64,000 nucleotides of DNA from assembly GCF_023055435.1 (NCBI RefSeq), contig NW_025963791.1:26350001-26414000 (forward strand), written 5' to 3'. The notes under the pieces were generated by a model. That model ran no database searches. It saw only the letters and a list, made by a program, of their open reading frames with translations, and was not told the origin of the DNA. How positions within the stretch are numbered: the first letter of the stretch is position 1; each line of letters starts with the position of its first letter. The position numbers were made by a program, and so were the translations under genes. Source of the DNA: Haliotis rufescens. Taxonomy: Eukaryota. Shown here in pieces: positions 1 through 10,886 of the stretch.

Positions 1-71
1 CACAATTGTCATTGATAAATGAAAATATTTCAAAACCATAAGGAAATGACAGAAACACCATCATGACTGAC

Positions 72-165
72 CATCTTGAGATCCTCGAGCCGAGTGGACA
101 CACCCTTCAGCATCTCTTCCCTCTCCTGGGGCGAGTCTGGGCAGGGGTACAGTGCTGCCTTGAAC
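72..165 (-). CDS. ATP6V0A1: ATP6V0A coding exon 8
   Basis: [31 protein letters not shown]; tgtag| ... |gtcagt. Confidence 0.95.
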
Positions 166-3100
166 CTACACACAACATACAGAGGTCATGCTATACAAGA
201 TGTTGGAGTTAATAATGATATATATGCGAGACGGGTTTGACATTCATTCTAGAAATACTTCTTATCACTATTCCCCGCCATGGGGCACATTAGAATTTTG
301 TTTGTTCATATAGTAGTGAATATAAACTATGAAAAGTCCTATAAAGCCTTAAGAAGAGATAGGCACTAGGGTCACTTAACGTCATCAGAAAAAAAATTGA
401 ATATGAACTTAATACACACAAAAGGCCTCTTTTCTGGATATCGCCGCGAATAGCTGCAAAATTGCTGATGCGGCGTTAAGCAATATTCACTCACTCACTC
501 TTTTCTGGATAAAATAATTTATGGCACCGATTCCCGAACTCGGTCTCGATTAAGTATCTTTTAGATAAGCTTCAATAGTTTCTGCGAAAACTTGTCCCCA
601 TTGCTGACACTGCTGCACTTTGTAAACTAACATGGATGAGGGCCCAACTGTGTATGCTCAAAATCTAAAAACATGTAGCAAGGGAAGTAACTCTGGAAAA
701 TAATAATATTCAAACTCAGTCTTGACAAATATCTCTTAGATAAACATTCAAATTTTCTGGGAAACTTGTCCCCATTGCAGACACCAGACAAGTTGACCAG
801 CATAGAGCAAGGGCCATAACTCTGTTTGTTTCTTTGTTGTTTAATGCTGCAGACAGATGACACAGGGGACATGTTACACGCACCCTTCACAGATCTTCTT
901 CACTCTGGCCTTGAGTTGCTCTCCTTGGAAAAAGATGATGAAGACACTCTTGAAGACGGGATCCCCCTGGGGATACAGCATCGATTGTTGGTACATTCAG
1001 GGTGAACGAGGAAGAATTACACCAGTTACAGGACAGTGATTAAAGGGGAGAACAAGTGAGTATGTTTTAGTGCGGCTTTTATCTTGTCATGTCTTGGGTT
1101 AAAAAAAATGGGCTTCACACACTACATCAATGTAAAAATTGAGACATGAATATTGTGTCTGAAGACCAAGTCTAGTAAAATTATGATCGGTCTACTATAG
1201 TAAGCTCAGCTAATAGTCCATATTATAACACTAAAATCTACTGATAATGATGCTAGTAGACTCAAAAGTTTAACTAAGATTGTGCTTGTAGCAATATTCC
1301 AGCTATATCACAATGGGGGATACCAACATTTTTACTACTACCCTACTCACCCATCTCTGATCCTGATATAGCTATTGACTCACAAATACAGTTAATTCAG
1401 CTTCAGAGTCTGGACCATGATTCCCTAGTAACTTGCATCAGTAATACCATCTACATCTATATTCAGTTATCTACACATGTTACTGTGCATCTGAAAAAAG
1501 TATTGATAGGACGCAAACATATTCTCTCCCTCCCTCATCTAAATTACAACACAAAATATTTTCGTAACAAACCAAATAATCAAATCAGGAAATTCCTTAC
1601 AGTAACAGGATCCTCCATTGGTTGTTGGATTTCTTCATATCGTAGGAAGACGTTACCACGACAGGCAAACCACAGCATCCTCTCAAAGGCAGGCAACTTC
1701 TCCCTTGGGATGCAGCCTGCCAGGAATCTAGGGGACAGAATCATAATGTTACCATGGTTAGCCATGTGTGCATTAATCAGGAAGGCTACCCCAGTCATGT
1801 GATCTCTGTCATCATGATAGACTTTAAGACAGCTCAATAAGTAAATATTTTTTATGCTGACATCAGCAATACTCCAGTCATACCCTAGCAGCCTGTATAT
1901 AATTGTGCCTGATCTAGATGAACCAATAGTTGGAAGTATGAGCAATTGAGCAGCAATGAAATTGTTCAGGTATTATGACATTTAATCAACCAGGTCACAC
2001 ATTGTAAGCTGCTGGGACCTGTTCCATAAAGCAATCATAACGCTAAGACGATCGTAACTTCCATACTTTAACAGATTTACACAGTTTTAGCGTTAAGACA
2101 GCTTTGTGGACAGGGCCCAGATCCTCCTGCTAAACATGTTATAGTATGGATCTGTTATGACCCAGGATCCCTATCCAGCAGAAATGATAATATTGATATA
2201 CTGAAACATGTTGTAATGCTTTGGAATACACAGGCCCACTTGCACAAAGCAATCTTAACACTATGACTATAACTCTTATACCTTAACATTCACTGACAGT
2301 CCAAGTGCTAAGATTGCTTTGTGCAAGTGGGCCCAGAGGTACAGGGCAACTGTAGAAACTATTTATGGCAAGTAGAATTTGTTCAAACTTACCCCAGTTG
2401 TACGGACTGTTGTGGAGCAAAGCCGACCTCATCTTGATTGAGAGCTTGTTGTGCATCATGGACTAGGCTTCCCATCTCATGACGGTGCTGAAGTACACAT
2501 GGAACCAATGTTAACATGAAACAGTGAGGAAACAGGAACTTACAGAGACCTGCACACTCAATGCTATGAGCAACATTTATACAGTCATTTTACCCCAATA
2601 ATGAATTAATATCACATGTGTTACATATGTGTTACCCATAATACAATTTGTAGGAATGTCTAGAAACGTATTTGTATCAGTCATATAAATGTTACATCAC
2701 CAAAGCAAATTACATATTAATGTTTGGGTTTTATGAAGTACAGAGGATGCTATCTCCATTTTTTGCAATGTACTGAAATGATGCCATGTTACAAAGGGGC
2801 AATTCTCAAACAATCCACCAAACATTAAACCTAATTAACATATGAAACTCAATGCCCTCTAAAATTAATTACTCTAAACTTACAGCAGAGAAGAAGTTCT
2901 GTGTCTTGATCAGGACTTCTCTGAGCTCTGTCAGCTCCAGGAAGTTCCGCTTCAATGCCTCAGCGTTTGTGTTGACCTCCCTTAGCTCACCCTCGATCTT
3001 CTCATAGGTGGCCTATATTACACAATGCACACAACACATTGTATACGTGGGATGATTTCATATAAAATGCAACATGAGGCAGTCATTCATGCAGTTCTCA

Positions 3101-6100
3101 TAATAATAGCTGGCAGTATAACATGTCTATCCAGTGACCCATGGATAGCCCTGTCATCTAAAGATGAGTGTGATGTTGGTTTTACAACCACAGGTTCACC
3201 TTGTTGTTATACTGCTTGGGGCATGTGCAGAGTTGTGTCCCTTGGGAAAGCCAGAAACCTTTGAATGTGGGTTCGAATACTGATTTGCCCCGATTATGTT
3301 TCTAGGTTTGTCAGCACCATACCCGTGCTCGTGGGTTGCACCAAAGTGCAAAACGTTTGAGATCTGCATCATTTCAGGCTTTCCTCCCACATTAAGCACA
3401 CCGTGATATAACTGGAATACCATTCAAAGCAGCATTAAACCCAACTCACTCACTCACTTGAGACTGATAGTACATACCCCAAGTAACGACCCCTTCATAA
3501 ACCATGTTATCAGGCTGACATGATGTTAAATATTTCACTGTGTACCCCATATTGTAAAGGTTAAATTTCCCCCTCAATATATGAATAAAACCATACTTGT
3601 TGTAAGTAACATGTCTTTCAATGTATTGAAAATTAATTTCGAAATATGCCATCAACACTGACTATGTCATGAATATTCTAAGCAATAGTAGGGATGAGGT
3701 TTGAGTCAGCCAGCAGACAATGGCCAGTTCTCACCTCCAGGTCTACCATCTCCTTGGGAGCAGGAGCTTTAGGGTTTTCTCCATAGTCCGGGATCTTCAG
3801 CTTCTCCTTCTTGATCTCCTTCTCAATGTATCCTGTGGGGGAAACAGGCCAACATCTAATAAAGTTCAATTTGGAAGCGAAAACTAACTTCCTTCATCCA
3901 TATGCAGTAAAACTAAGTCTTCATCACAAGTTTTCGAAAGGGTGCATTTTGTATTCTTGTAACATCTGAAATGTTCGACAAGACATATTTATTCAACATG
4001 TTCAAAGCAGTTGTTTCTTTCTCCTGTGACAGGGTTATTCAACCATGGCATCCACTTATTCAAAGCAGTCATTTATTCAAGGAATTACGGTAACTCAATC
4101 TACTGGAACATCTACTACTATAGCATTGCCAGCTCCAACCTACATTTCTGTATATACTACAGCTGTTATTAATATTAATTACAATTACAGATGTATCACA
4201 GTTTATTTGGATGGTGGCTACGATCCAATTGTAAAAAACATCTGTTCTACTTCACATGGATGAATCGTATACCTTGTCAACCAATTGAATGAACATTGGA
4301 GTGAATTAGTTACGTTCATTTTTCTGCCTACTAGGGCTGGGATGAGTCCAAATTTACTACCCACCACCCTATTACCCGGCCCTACCCGGATACCCGCTAT
4401 TGGTCTCAAGAGTTGGGTACAAAATGTCCGAATGGGAATTGTTTTACCGCAGCCCTGGCAAAAACTATTTAGATACATGTATAAAACAATCTGATCAGGT
4501 ATAATCTGCAGTTGATAGACGCTTTATCCTTACTTGAACATATAAAAGTGAGAACGAATGCCTGCATAGAGAGAAAGAAATGTGAACATTAGCTATACTT
4601 GTAGTGTAACCAGTGAGTTTTATTGTTAATGTCTTTAAACAGTACCGGGTCTGGGTAGTCATGTGGGTACCCGGGTCCTACTCAGGACCCACCTGACCCG
4701 AGTACCCGAGTTACCCGTCCCAGCCCTACTGCCTACTGCATATGCATGATACTGACACATGCACTTTCACCCATCATATTTGCATCCCATGGTCAAGAAA
4801 CAGCATGGACCACAAGTTATACCACACACACAATCTGGGTCTGTAAGTTGATGCTCTTTGAAGATGCAGGTTACGTTTTCTAAAATACACACTTTAAAGA
4901 ACCTCAGACCACCGAAACAATAATACTGTTCATCTAAATCACTGACATAAAAAAACCAAAAAACATTTAAACAAAGACGTATATAGACGTCTGCGATTTA
5001 AATCATATTCTTATCATGCTTATCATATCATATGCGTTATATGTTTAAAGAGTGGGGAGGAGGGGTTTATGATGAGCCATGAATAACCTATATACAAACT
5101 ACTTTCTTGGTTACTTATTTTTGTATAACCCCCTTCTCCAAAGATAATTTGTATCAACCCAAATTGTGACTTTCCTGGGTAATGTATTGAAGTCCACATA
5201 TGGGACAATATATTTAATAAAAACATATCACACATATCCATTCAAATTGATACTTTTGCAATTTCAAAATACTGCAGACAGGTCCCCACTTTTGACCATA
5301 AATATTTTGTTGAAAGGAATATATTGTTGATAGATCATACAACTGGAATAAAAAGACGAATTCAAGCACTGTAAACTGTCACCTGTCATACGATCAGTTC
5401 TGATTGGTACACTACTACTGGTGGACACAGTGTGTTGAAGAAGCACCACACTACTAGGGGCGATACTAATAGTTACAAATAGTTTGCCTTTGTATGCAGG
5501 GCCATGTACTGTATTGCCAGGATGCCGTTGTACAAAACAATGTAAGCGCTATGACTGTCTTAAGCCTATGTTTAGGTATGGGTGTTACGATCACCTTAAC
5601 GCTACGACTGTCTTAAGTCTATGTTAAGGTATAGGTGTTTCGATCACCTTAGCGCTACGACTGTTTTAAGTCTATGTTAAGGTATGGGTGTTACGATCAC
5701 CTTCACGCTACGACTGTCTTAAGCCTATGTTAAGGTATGGGTGTTACGATCACCTTAGCGCTACGACTGTCTTAAGTCTGTGTTAAGGTATGGTGTTATG
5801 ATCACCTTAGCGCTACGACTGTCTCAAGTCTAAGTTAAGGTATGGGTGTTACGATCACCTTAGCGCTAAGATCACTTTGTACAACGGCACCCAGGGCAAT
5901 AAACACAGCTGACAGCCACAAGCACTAACACTTTTAGAAGCGACAGTACTTCTCTCAAATGAGGACTGTGACTCTGCACGCTGTCTCAGGTTCATCTCAG
6001 TGCTTACATACTCTAAATACTGATGGCTGAATCAGTCAATTCACCTTAGAGATATTAACAAGGTTACGAATGGACCTCCTTCATATTGACTGGGGGCACA

Positions 6101-7494
6101 ACACAGATCTGGTCATCACTTCTGCGTGTACCACTAGTTGTTACATCTTCAGCCTAGACTTACTCAGCTTCCTCTCCATCTCCTCACACCGTCTCACTTC
6201 ATTGACAAACTTCCTCTGGAAGGCATTCACTCCATGGTTCAACTGGAAATAAAATACTGTATGATAAAAGAAAGCCACTGAATCTACACCTTGTTTAGTG
6301 GCATCAAGAAATGTGCAAATTGAAAATATGCAAAATAAATACACAATTAAGAAACATTTTATTGAGAATAACTCACTGGACACTTCCCTCTAAAAAATAA
6401 CGTTGTCTAATTTCCGACGTCATCATCTTGCGAGTGCAAGATCGTCATGAAATGATGTCATGACAGAACAATGTTTTAGCGTGAAATAAACCATGCTTTG
6501 TTCTTTATTGTGCTTTGTGATTTGACCATGAGTAAAAGATTTTTCTGATAAATATTAATGAAATGCAATATATAACCGATGGCAAATGCCATAGTTTTCA
6601 AATTTCGGATGGGATACTTGTCAAGAAAAGTATCAATCTCATTAAAATCAGATCTTAGTTCTCGCTACCGCTAAACAAAGATCTAAGGACATCCCATTAT
6701 GGGTCACGTCAGACCGACCTTGCGCAAACTTTGACCGACCAATGGAAAGACCAATCAGAAGGCAGCTTTCTCCGGCTTTACGGCACTAATTTCAAATTGG
6801 CGACTACGCTTCGAAACATATTTTGACAAATTCTCCATTACAAATTTGAAACCTGAACAAAAGAACATTCTGGAATGGCTAATAGATAGTCTAGATTGTA
6901 TGGATTCGGTCGTTAAACCCGTAACTATCGTTCGGAATACCCTGTGTTAAAGTTTTCGTGGTTGCATGATTAGAAATCACATTCCGACTGTCACTTTCAT
7001 AATCTGGGAAGTGACACTCTGATTGGTCGGATGAAAGGTCGTTCTGACGTGACCCCAAATGGGATGTCTTCAGATCTTTGTTTAGCGGTAGCAAGAACTA
7101 AGGTCTGATTTTAATGAGATTGGAAAAGTATTCATATGCAATTTTGAAAAGTGAAGGTTTCTAGGCTTGAATCTCATAAACAATGTTTTAAACCAATAAG
7201 AATACACTCCCAATCATTTCACACTGATTAATGCTTCTTTGAATAGTAGTACAGATATATACCAGCTTAACATAGGAGGAAAGCCTAAAGCAGATTGTAG
7301 ACATTTACCACTTTGCTGAGACATACAAGCATGGACAGAAGGACTCTAATCAAAATCGAAGATAAGAACCCACTTACGTCTTTGAACTGCATGAGTCCGA
7401 GCTCCCCGAGTTCGGAGACGCAGGCGTAAGCTGCCTCTGACTGAAGAAACAGCTGACACAGCGACATCTCCTCGCTGCGGAATATCGTCCCCAT
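72..7494 (-). CDS. ATP6V0A1: V-type proton ATPase 116 kDa subunit a (V0 a), N-terminal 274 codons; gene continues beyond the left edge. Exons: 7378-7494, 6164-6242, 3735-3832, 2884-3012, 2393-2487, 1601-1727, 884-966, 72-165
   Basis: Spliced translation [65 protein letters not shown].../[16 protein letters not shown].../[32 protein letters not shown]. All introns are GT-AG and phases are consistent. Exon sizes 117/79/98/129/95/127/83/94 mostly match vertebrate a-subunit genes as I recall them. The paralog assignment (a1 vs others) is uncertain. Confidence 0.96.
441..497 (+). mobile_element. Severely 5'-truncated retroposon (3' tail only)
   Basis: TSD ctcttttctggata at 427-440 and 498-511 around ..ATTGCTGATGCGGCGTTAAGC..(CTCA)n. 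Confidence 0.75.
884..966 (-). CDS. ATP6V0A1: ATP6V0A coding exon 7
   Basis: [28 protein letters not shown]; cccag| ... |gtgcgt. Confidence 0.95.
1601..1727 (-). CDS. ATP6V0A1: ATP6V0A coding exon 6
   Basis: [42 protein letters not shown]; cctag| ... |gtaagg. Confidence 0.96.
2015..2117. mobile_element. Short (single-unit) copy of the Harbinger-like MITE
   Basis: ctg|GGACCTGTTCCATAAAGC...GCTTTGTGGACAGGGCC|cag. Confidence 0.65.
2233..2333. mobile_element. Short copy of the Harbinger-like MITE
   Basis: GGCCCACTTGCACAAAGCAATCTTA...TAAGATTGCTTTGTGCAAGTGGGCC inverted ends. Confidence 0.7.
2393..2487 (-). CDS. ATP6V0A1: ATP6V0A coding exon 5 (variable linker)
   Basis: [32 protein letters not shown]; ttcag| ... 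|gtaagt; phase fits both neighbours. Confidence 0.9.
2884..3012 (-). CDS. ATP6V0A1: ATP6V0A coding exon 4
   Basis: [43 protein letters not shown]; tatag| ... |gtaagt. Confidence 0.95.
3215..3460 (+). mobile_element. SINE family D
   Basis: Colinear with 61703-61970, ends in (CTCA)n. Confidence 0.65.
3735..3832 (-). CDS. ATP6V0A1: ATP6V0A coding exon 3
   Basis: (R)[32 protein letters not shown]; cacag| ... |gtgag. Confidence 0.95.
4332..4728. mobile_element. hAT-type MITE
   Basis: TIR TAGGGCTGGGA...TCCCAGCCCTA; 8-bp TSD ctgcctac at 4324-4331 and 4729-4736; subterminal ACCCG repeats. Confidence 0.85.
5521..5891. mobile_element. PIF/Harbinger-like MITE with 6 internal 53-bp tandem units
   Basis: TIR GATGCCGTTGTACAAA / TTTGTACAACGGCACC, CAG flanks on both sides; GCTA(C/T)GA anchor recurs at 5548, 5601, 5654, 5707, 5760, 5812, then GCTAAG at 5865. 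Confidence 0.75.
6164..6242 (-). CDS. ATP6V0A1: ATP6V0A coding exon 2
   Basis: [26 protein letters not shown]; ttccag| ... |gtaagt. Confidence 0.96.
6634..7122 (+). mobile_element. Non-autonomous AcademH-like DNA transposon (about 85-bp TIRs, 9-bp TSD)
   Basis: CAATCTCATTAAAATCAGA...TCTGATTTTAATGAGATTG; TSD gaaaagtat at 6625-6633 and 7123-7131; internal 6825-6902 translates as [26 protein letters not shown] (RecQ Q-motif-like). Confidence 0.8.
7378..7494 (-). CDS. ATP6V0A1: ATP6V0A coding exon 1 (ATG at 7494; acceptor AG 7551-7550, exon starts 7549)
   Basis: [39 protein letters not shown]; donor gac|gtaagt. Confidence 0.96.
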
Positions 7495-7888
7495 CTTGAT
7501 TCCTTGCTCCACGTGGGATCGCTTCTAAAACTTCACTTGTTACAAACTCCTGAAAATATACAATCATTCTCTTAAATTGTTTGTTTTATACATCATGGAT
7601 ATGATTATCTGAATGTTTCTTATCCGATCCTTTTCTGTGCTCTGAATATCATTTGTATATTCCAAGTCAATCCTTAAGTCATTATAAGCATGATAAACAA
7701 GCTCAAGTTAGACATGTACACAATGTACATTATAAGTTAGCAACTGATCTTGATGGTATGTGGTGTGATGTACCCTGCATGTGAGCCTATGTACACCGAG
7801 CCATCTGGAATTTGGAATGCATCATCATCAAAAACTGGATGACATCACACATTTCGATGAGAAACAAACAGAACAGGTTTCAGACATA

Positions 7889-8232
7889 CCATATTCGGCG
7901 CAATAAGCACCCCGCTCTAATAAGTGTCCACGGCGATTTTTGCTGATATATTGGCTAGTGAACAAGCACAATTTGCATCCCTTCCGATTGATCAATGTAC
8001 ACAAGACTTATTTATTCGGTATAATACGCACACATGTATTATATGAATCCTTATTTATGGGGAATTAAATTCTGAAAAAATATATCTGTTTTACATAAAC
8101 ATTTCAGGCTGTCAGCATAAACAACAAAATTTATCTTTCAACTATGTTTTTTTCCACCAAAATAATATTCTAATAAGAGACCCCTATTTCTAATTTTGAG
8201 AGCCCCCTGGGTGCTTATTACATCGAATATGG
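7889..8232. mobile_element. Tc1/mariner (pogo-like) MITE
   Basis: TA|CCATATTCG..AATAAGCACCC ... GGGTGCTTATT..CGAATATGG|TA; homologous copy at 23341-23676. Confidence 0.8.
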
Positions 8233-10534
8233 TATATCATAATCAATTTACTGTAGTGAATGAGTGAGTTAATATTTAACGTCACATCAACCATATTTCA
8301 GCCATACCATGACGAGAAGTTATACATTAACAATGATTAAGAATACATTCAACTTACAGTACGTGCTGTAAGCAGGCTGGTAAATATTAATGATTACCTA
8401 ATATATTCATGGTATCTCTAACTTCATGAATACAATGTATGTCTCATCTTGTGTGAGAAAATGAAATATTTACGGTAACAGCAATATCAGTTGGCAGCAT
8501 CACATGACAGCATTACTCATACAAATGTTAATGAGCTCAACATCGTATACAGAGTACAGCACTCCGTTTGACAATATTATGTCTGTTTTAATAGACTTAG
8601 GCAAGAGAAAGTGTTTAATGGAACAGACTGAATAAATTTCTGATACGCATGATATAACTTCTTGAGTACATAAGGAAACAGAAAATATACACTTGAACAT
8701 ATAAATAAAAATATTACAAAAAAGTAACTTCATATCAAAATATGTTTATTCCTTTTTAAGTATTACCTATCTCAAAATAACATTGAACACACAGTCAAAA
8801 CAACTTATTTTTCATTTGTCAAAAGGCAGTGAAATGTTTAACAAGATTTAACAGATTAACATAATCATAACAATCATTACATGTGATGAAAACTGTTCCA
8901 AGTACAAATTATGGGACTATTCTTCTAAATAACATCTTTGGATAAACTCACATTACTTTTCACACACAAAATCCTTTCTCCTACCTGTGTGTCTGTCAGC
9001 CTCCTAGCTATCAACTAATGTCCTTCAATCTCACAAGGTGACCCTGTCATGCAAGGGACTGATCACAGGTGTCTATATCAACATTGCCGGACAGGATCCT
9101 AGCATTGCTAAGTCACTGGGTGTCACAATATCTACATGCCTTGTACATACACTACATTGTCAAGGAATAGCATGCTGTCTCCAGTTGTATTAATCCATGA
9201 ACTGACTGAAATATTAACATGTTTAATGCATGACTTAACAAAACGACTAAGTTCATTGGAAAAAGGCTGAAATTGAATTTTTTGTTGATGATTAAAATTG
9301 ATTACTTTTATTTGCAAATATTCAATTCCTCCTCACATATATACAAACAATTATTTATAATGGAAAGTTACATTTTACAGGGTTAGTCATGGTTTCTTGA
9401 ACACAAGCTGGTATTCGAATAAATCAAGAATTTAAATAAAGTAATATATCAAACATCATATGTTTTAGATGTGGCACCTGTTGCCTGGCAAGAATGACTT
9501 CGTTATCAGAATCTACATTCCAACAACTCTAAGTATAATACAGAGAAAAAGAATTAAGGCCAAAATAAATAAACTGTTATATTTTCATCCAATTAGTTAA
9601 CATGTTTAAAAAATGTGAGATATGTGGAATATTTTAAATTTTTATATTTTTTTTAAAAACAACTGTCCAATGTCCAAGGCATGTCATGATATTATCTGTC
9701 AACAAAAGTGATTTATATGAAACACAGATGCCAACATTTCCCTGATTCACGGAGAGGAGATGCCGCATTCAAGGCATTCGGCTGACAAATTCTGGACATT
9801 TGTGAGTGCACAGACTTGTGTATAGGGCCTGGTATTTATTGCTGTTGCCACACATTTGACCGACTGTATTACCTTTTATGAAACCTAATCCTGTGAGTTT
9901 CAATAACATTTGTTTATTATTTATTGATCTCCTGTAGTTATTTCTGATTTCACAATGTCGTTCTGTACCGATTCTCTGGGTTAACCATCATCATGATCAT
10001 GTTTCAACTCGGGAATCAACTCATAACAATGTCTATGTTGTGTATTTCATCGCGTAAAAAGGTGCTAGTGTGTGAGTTTCAATGCCACTTTGAACACTGT
10101 TTGAGTCAACTTGAGGTGAACTTATTCTCTATTCTTAGTTCAAGGTTTTACAAGGAAATGTTCACGTAATCTGAAACATAAGAATGTGGGCGGCTGGGCG
10201 TACATTCTTGCAATAAACCACTCATCATACACCTACGGATCTGACTGACTGTGTGAGATATTATAGATCGCCTGGCTAGTGCGAGTACCATGCAGGTGTC
10301 ACCATGCATATACCATTTACTTACTATATTCCAGTATTGATTATATATACAAGCTGTCATCACTTATATATAGATACATAGATATACGATTGTATACACA
10401 AGGATTCCTCAAAGTAATCATTAGTATTTGGCTAGTGCATTCTGAATATTATTCTGTGTTTACAGTTTCATACATTGGGAGAGTTAATAGAAGATTTGAC
10501 CATTATTGTCAGTTCAGAATTCCCTCCCATAGGG

Positions 10535-10886
10535 GTGAGGTGAAATGGGGTTTAATGTTTCATCCAAGATTATTGCACTTATATAGCAATGTGCATGCAT
10601 GCATGTGTGTGTGTGACTGCTTGTCCTAGTCCAGACTGATGCCGCTTTTTATAGTGCTGGCCCACTGAGGTACCATGACGCAGTTTAACATGAATACCCC
10701 ACTCAGACACAGTATACTGACACCAAGCCGACCAGTCCTTGTTTTACTCCCTTAATGCCGAGCGCCAGACAGGGTAACAACAAGTTCCATATTTTAAAGT
10801 CTTTTGGTATGACGTGGCCGGGGATCGAACCTCGGACCTTCCACTTTCTGAGCGGAAGCTCTACCACTAGACCATGGAGGCGGTCA
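10535..10886 (-). mobile_element. tRNA-derived SINE, family A (Meta-SINE-like central domain)
   Basis: A box TGGTCTAGTGG and B box GGTTCGATCCC; GTCATACCAAAAGACTTTAAAA core; (CCTCA)n tail; TSD cctcccataggg at 10523-10534 and 10887-10898. Confidence 0.85.

Noticed and set aside
540-830. Diverged ~75-bp direct repeat spaced about 176 bp, as duplicated snoRNAs
   Set aside because: No C/D or H/ACA boxes recognised; flanking AAGGG..TAACTCT motifs suggest core repeats of an old non-autonomous DNA element.
10815-10886. tRNA gene (also about 57140-57211 and 44650-44725)
   Set aside because: tRNA-like A/B boxes are SINE heads followed by SINE body, tail and TSD.
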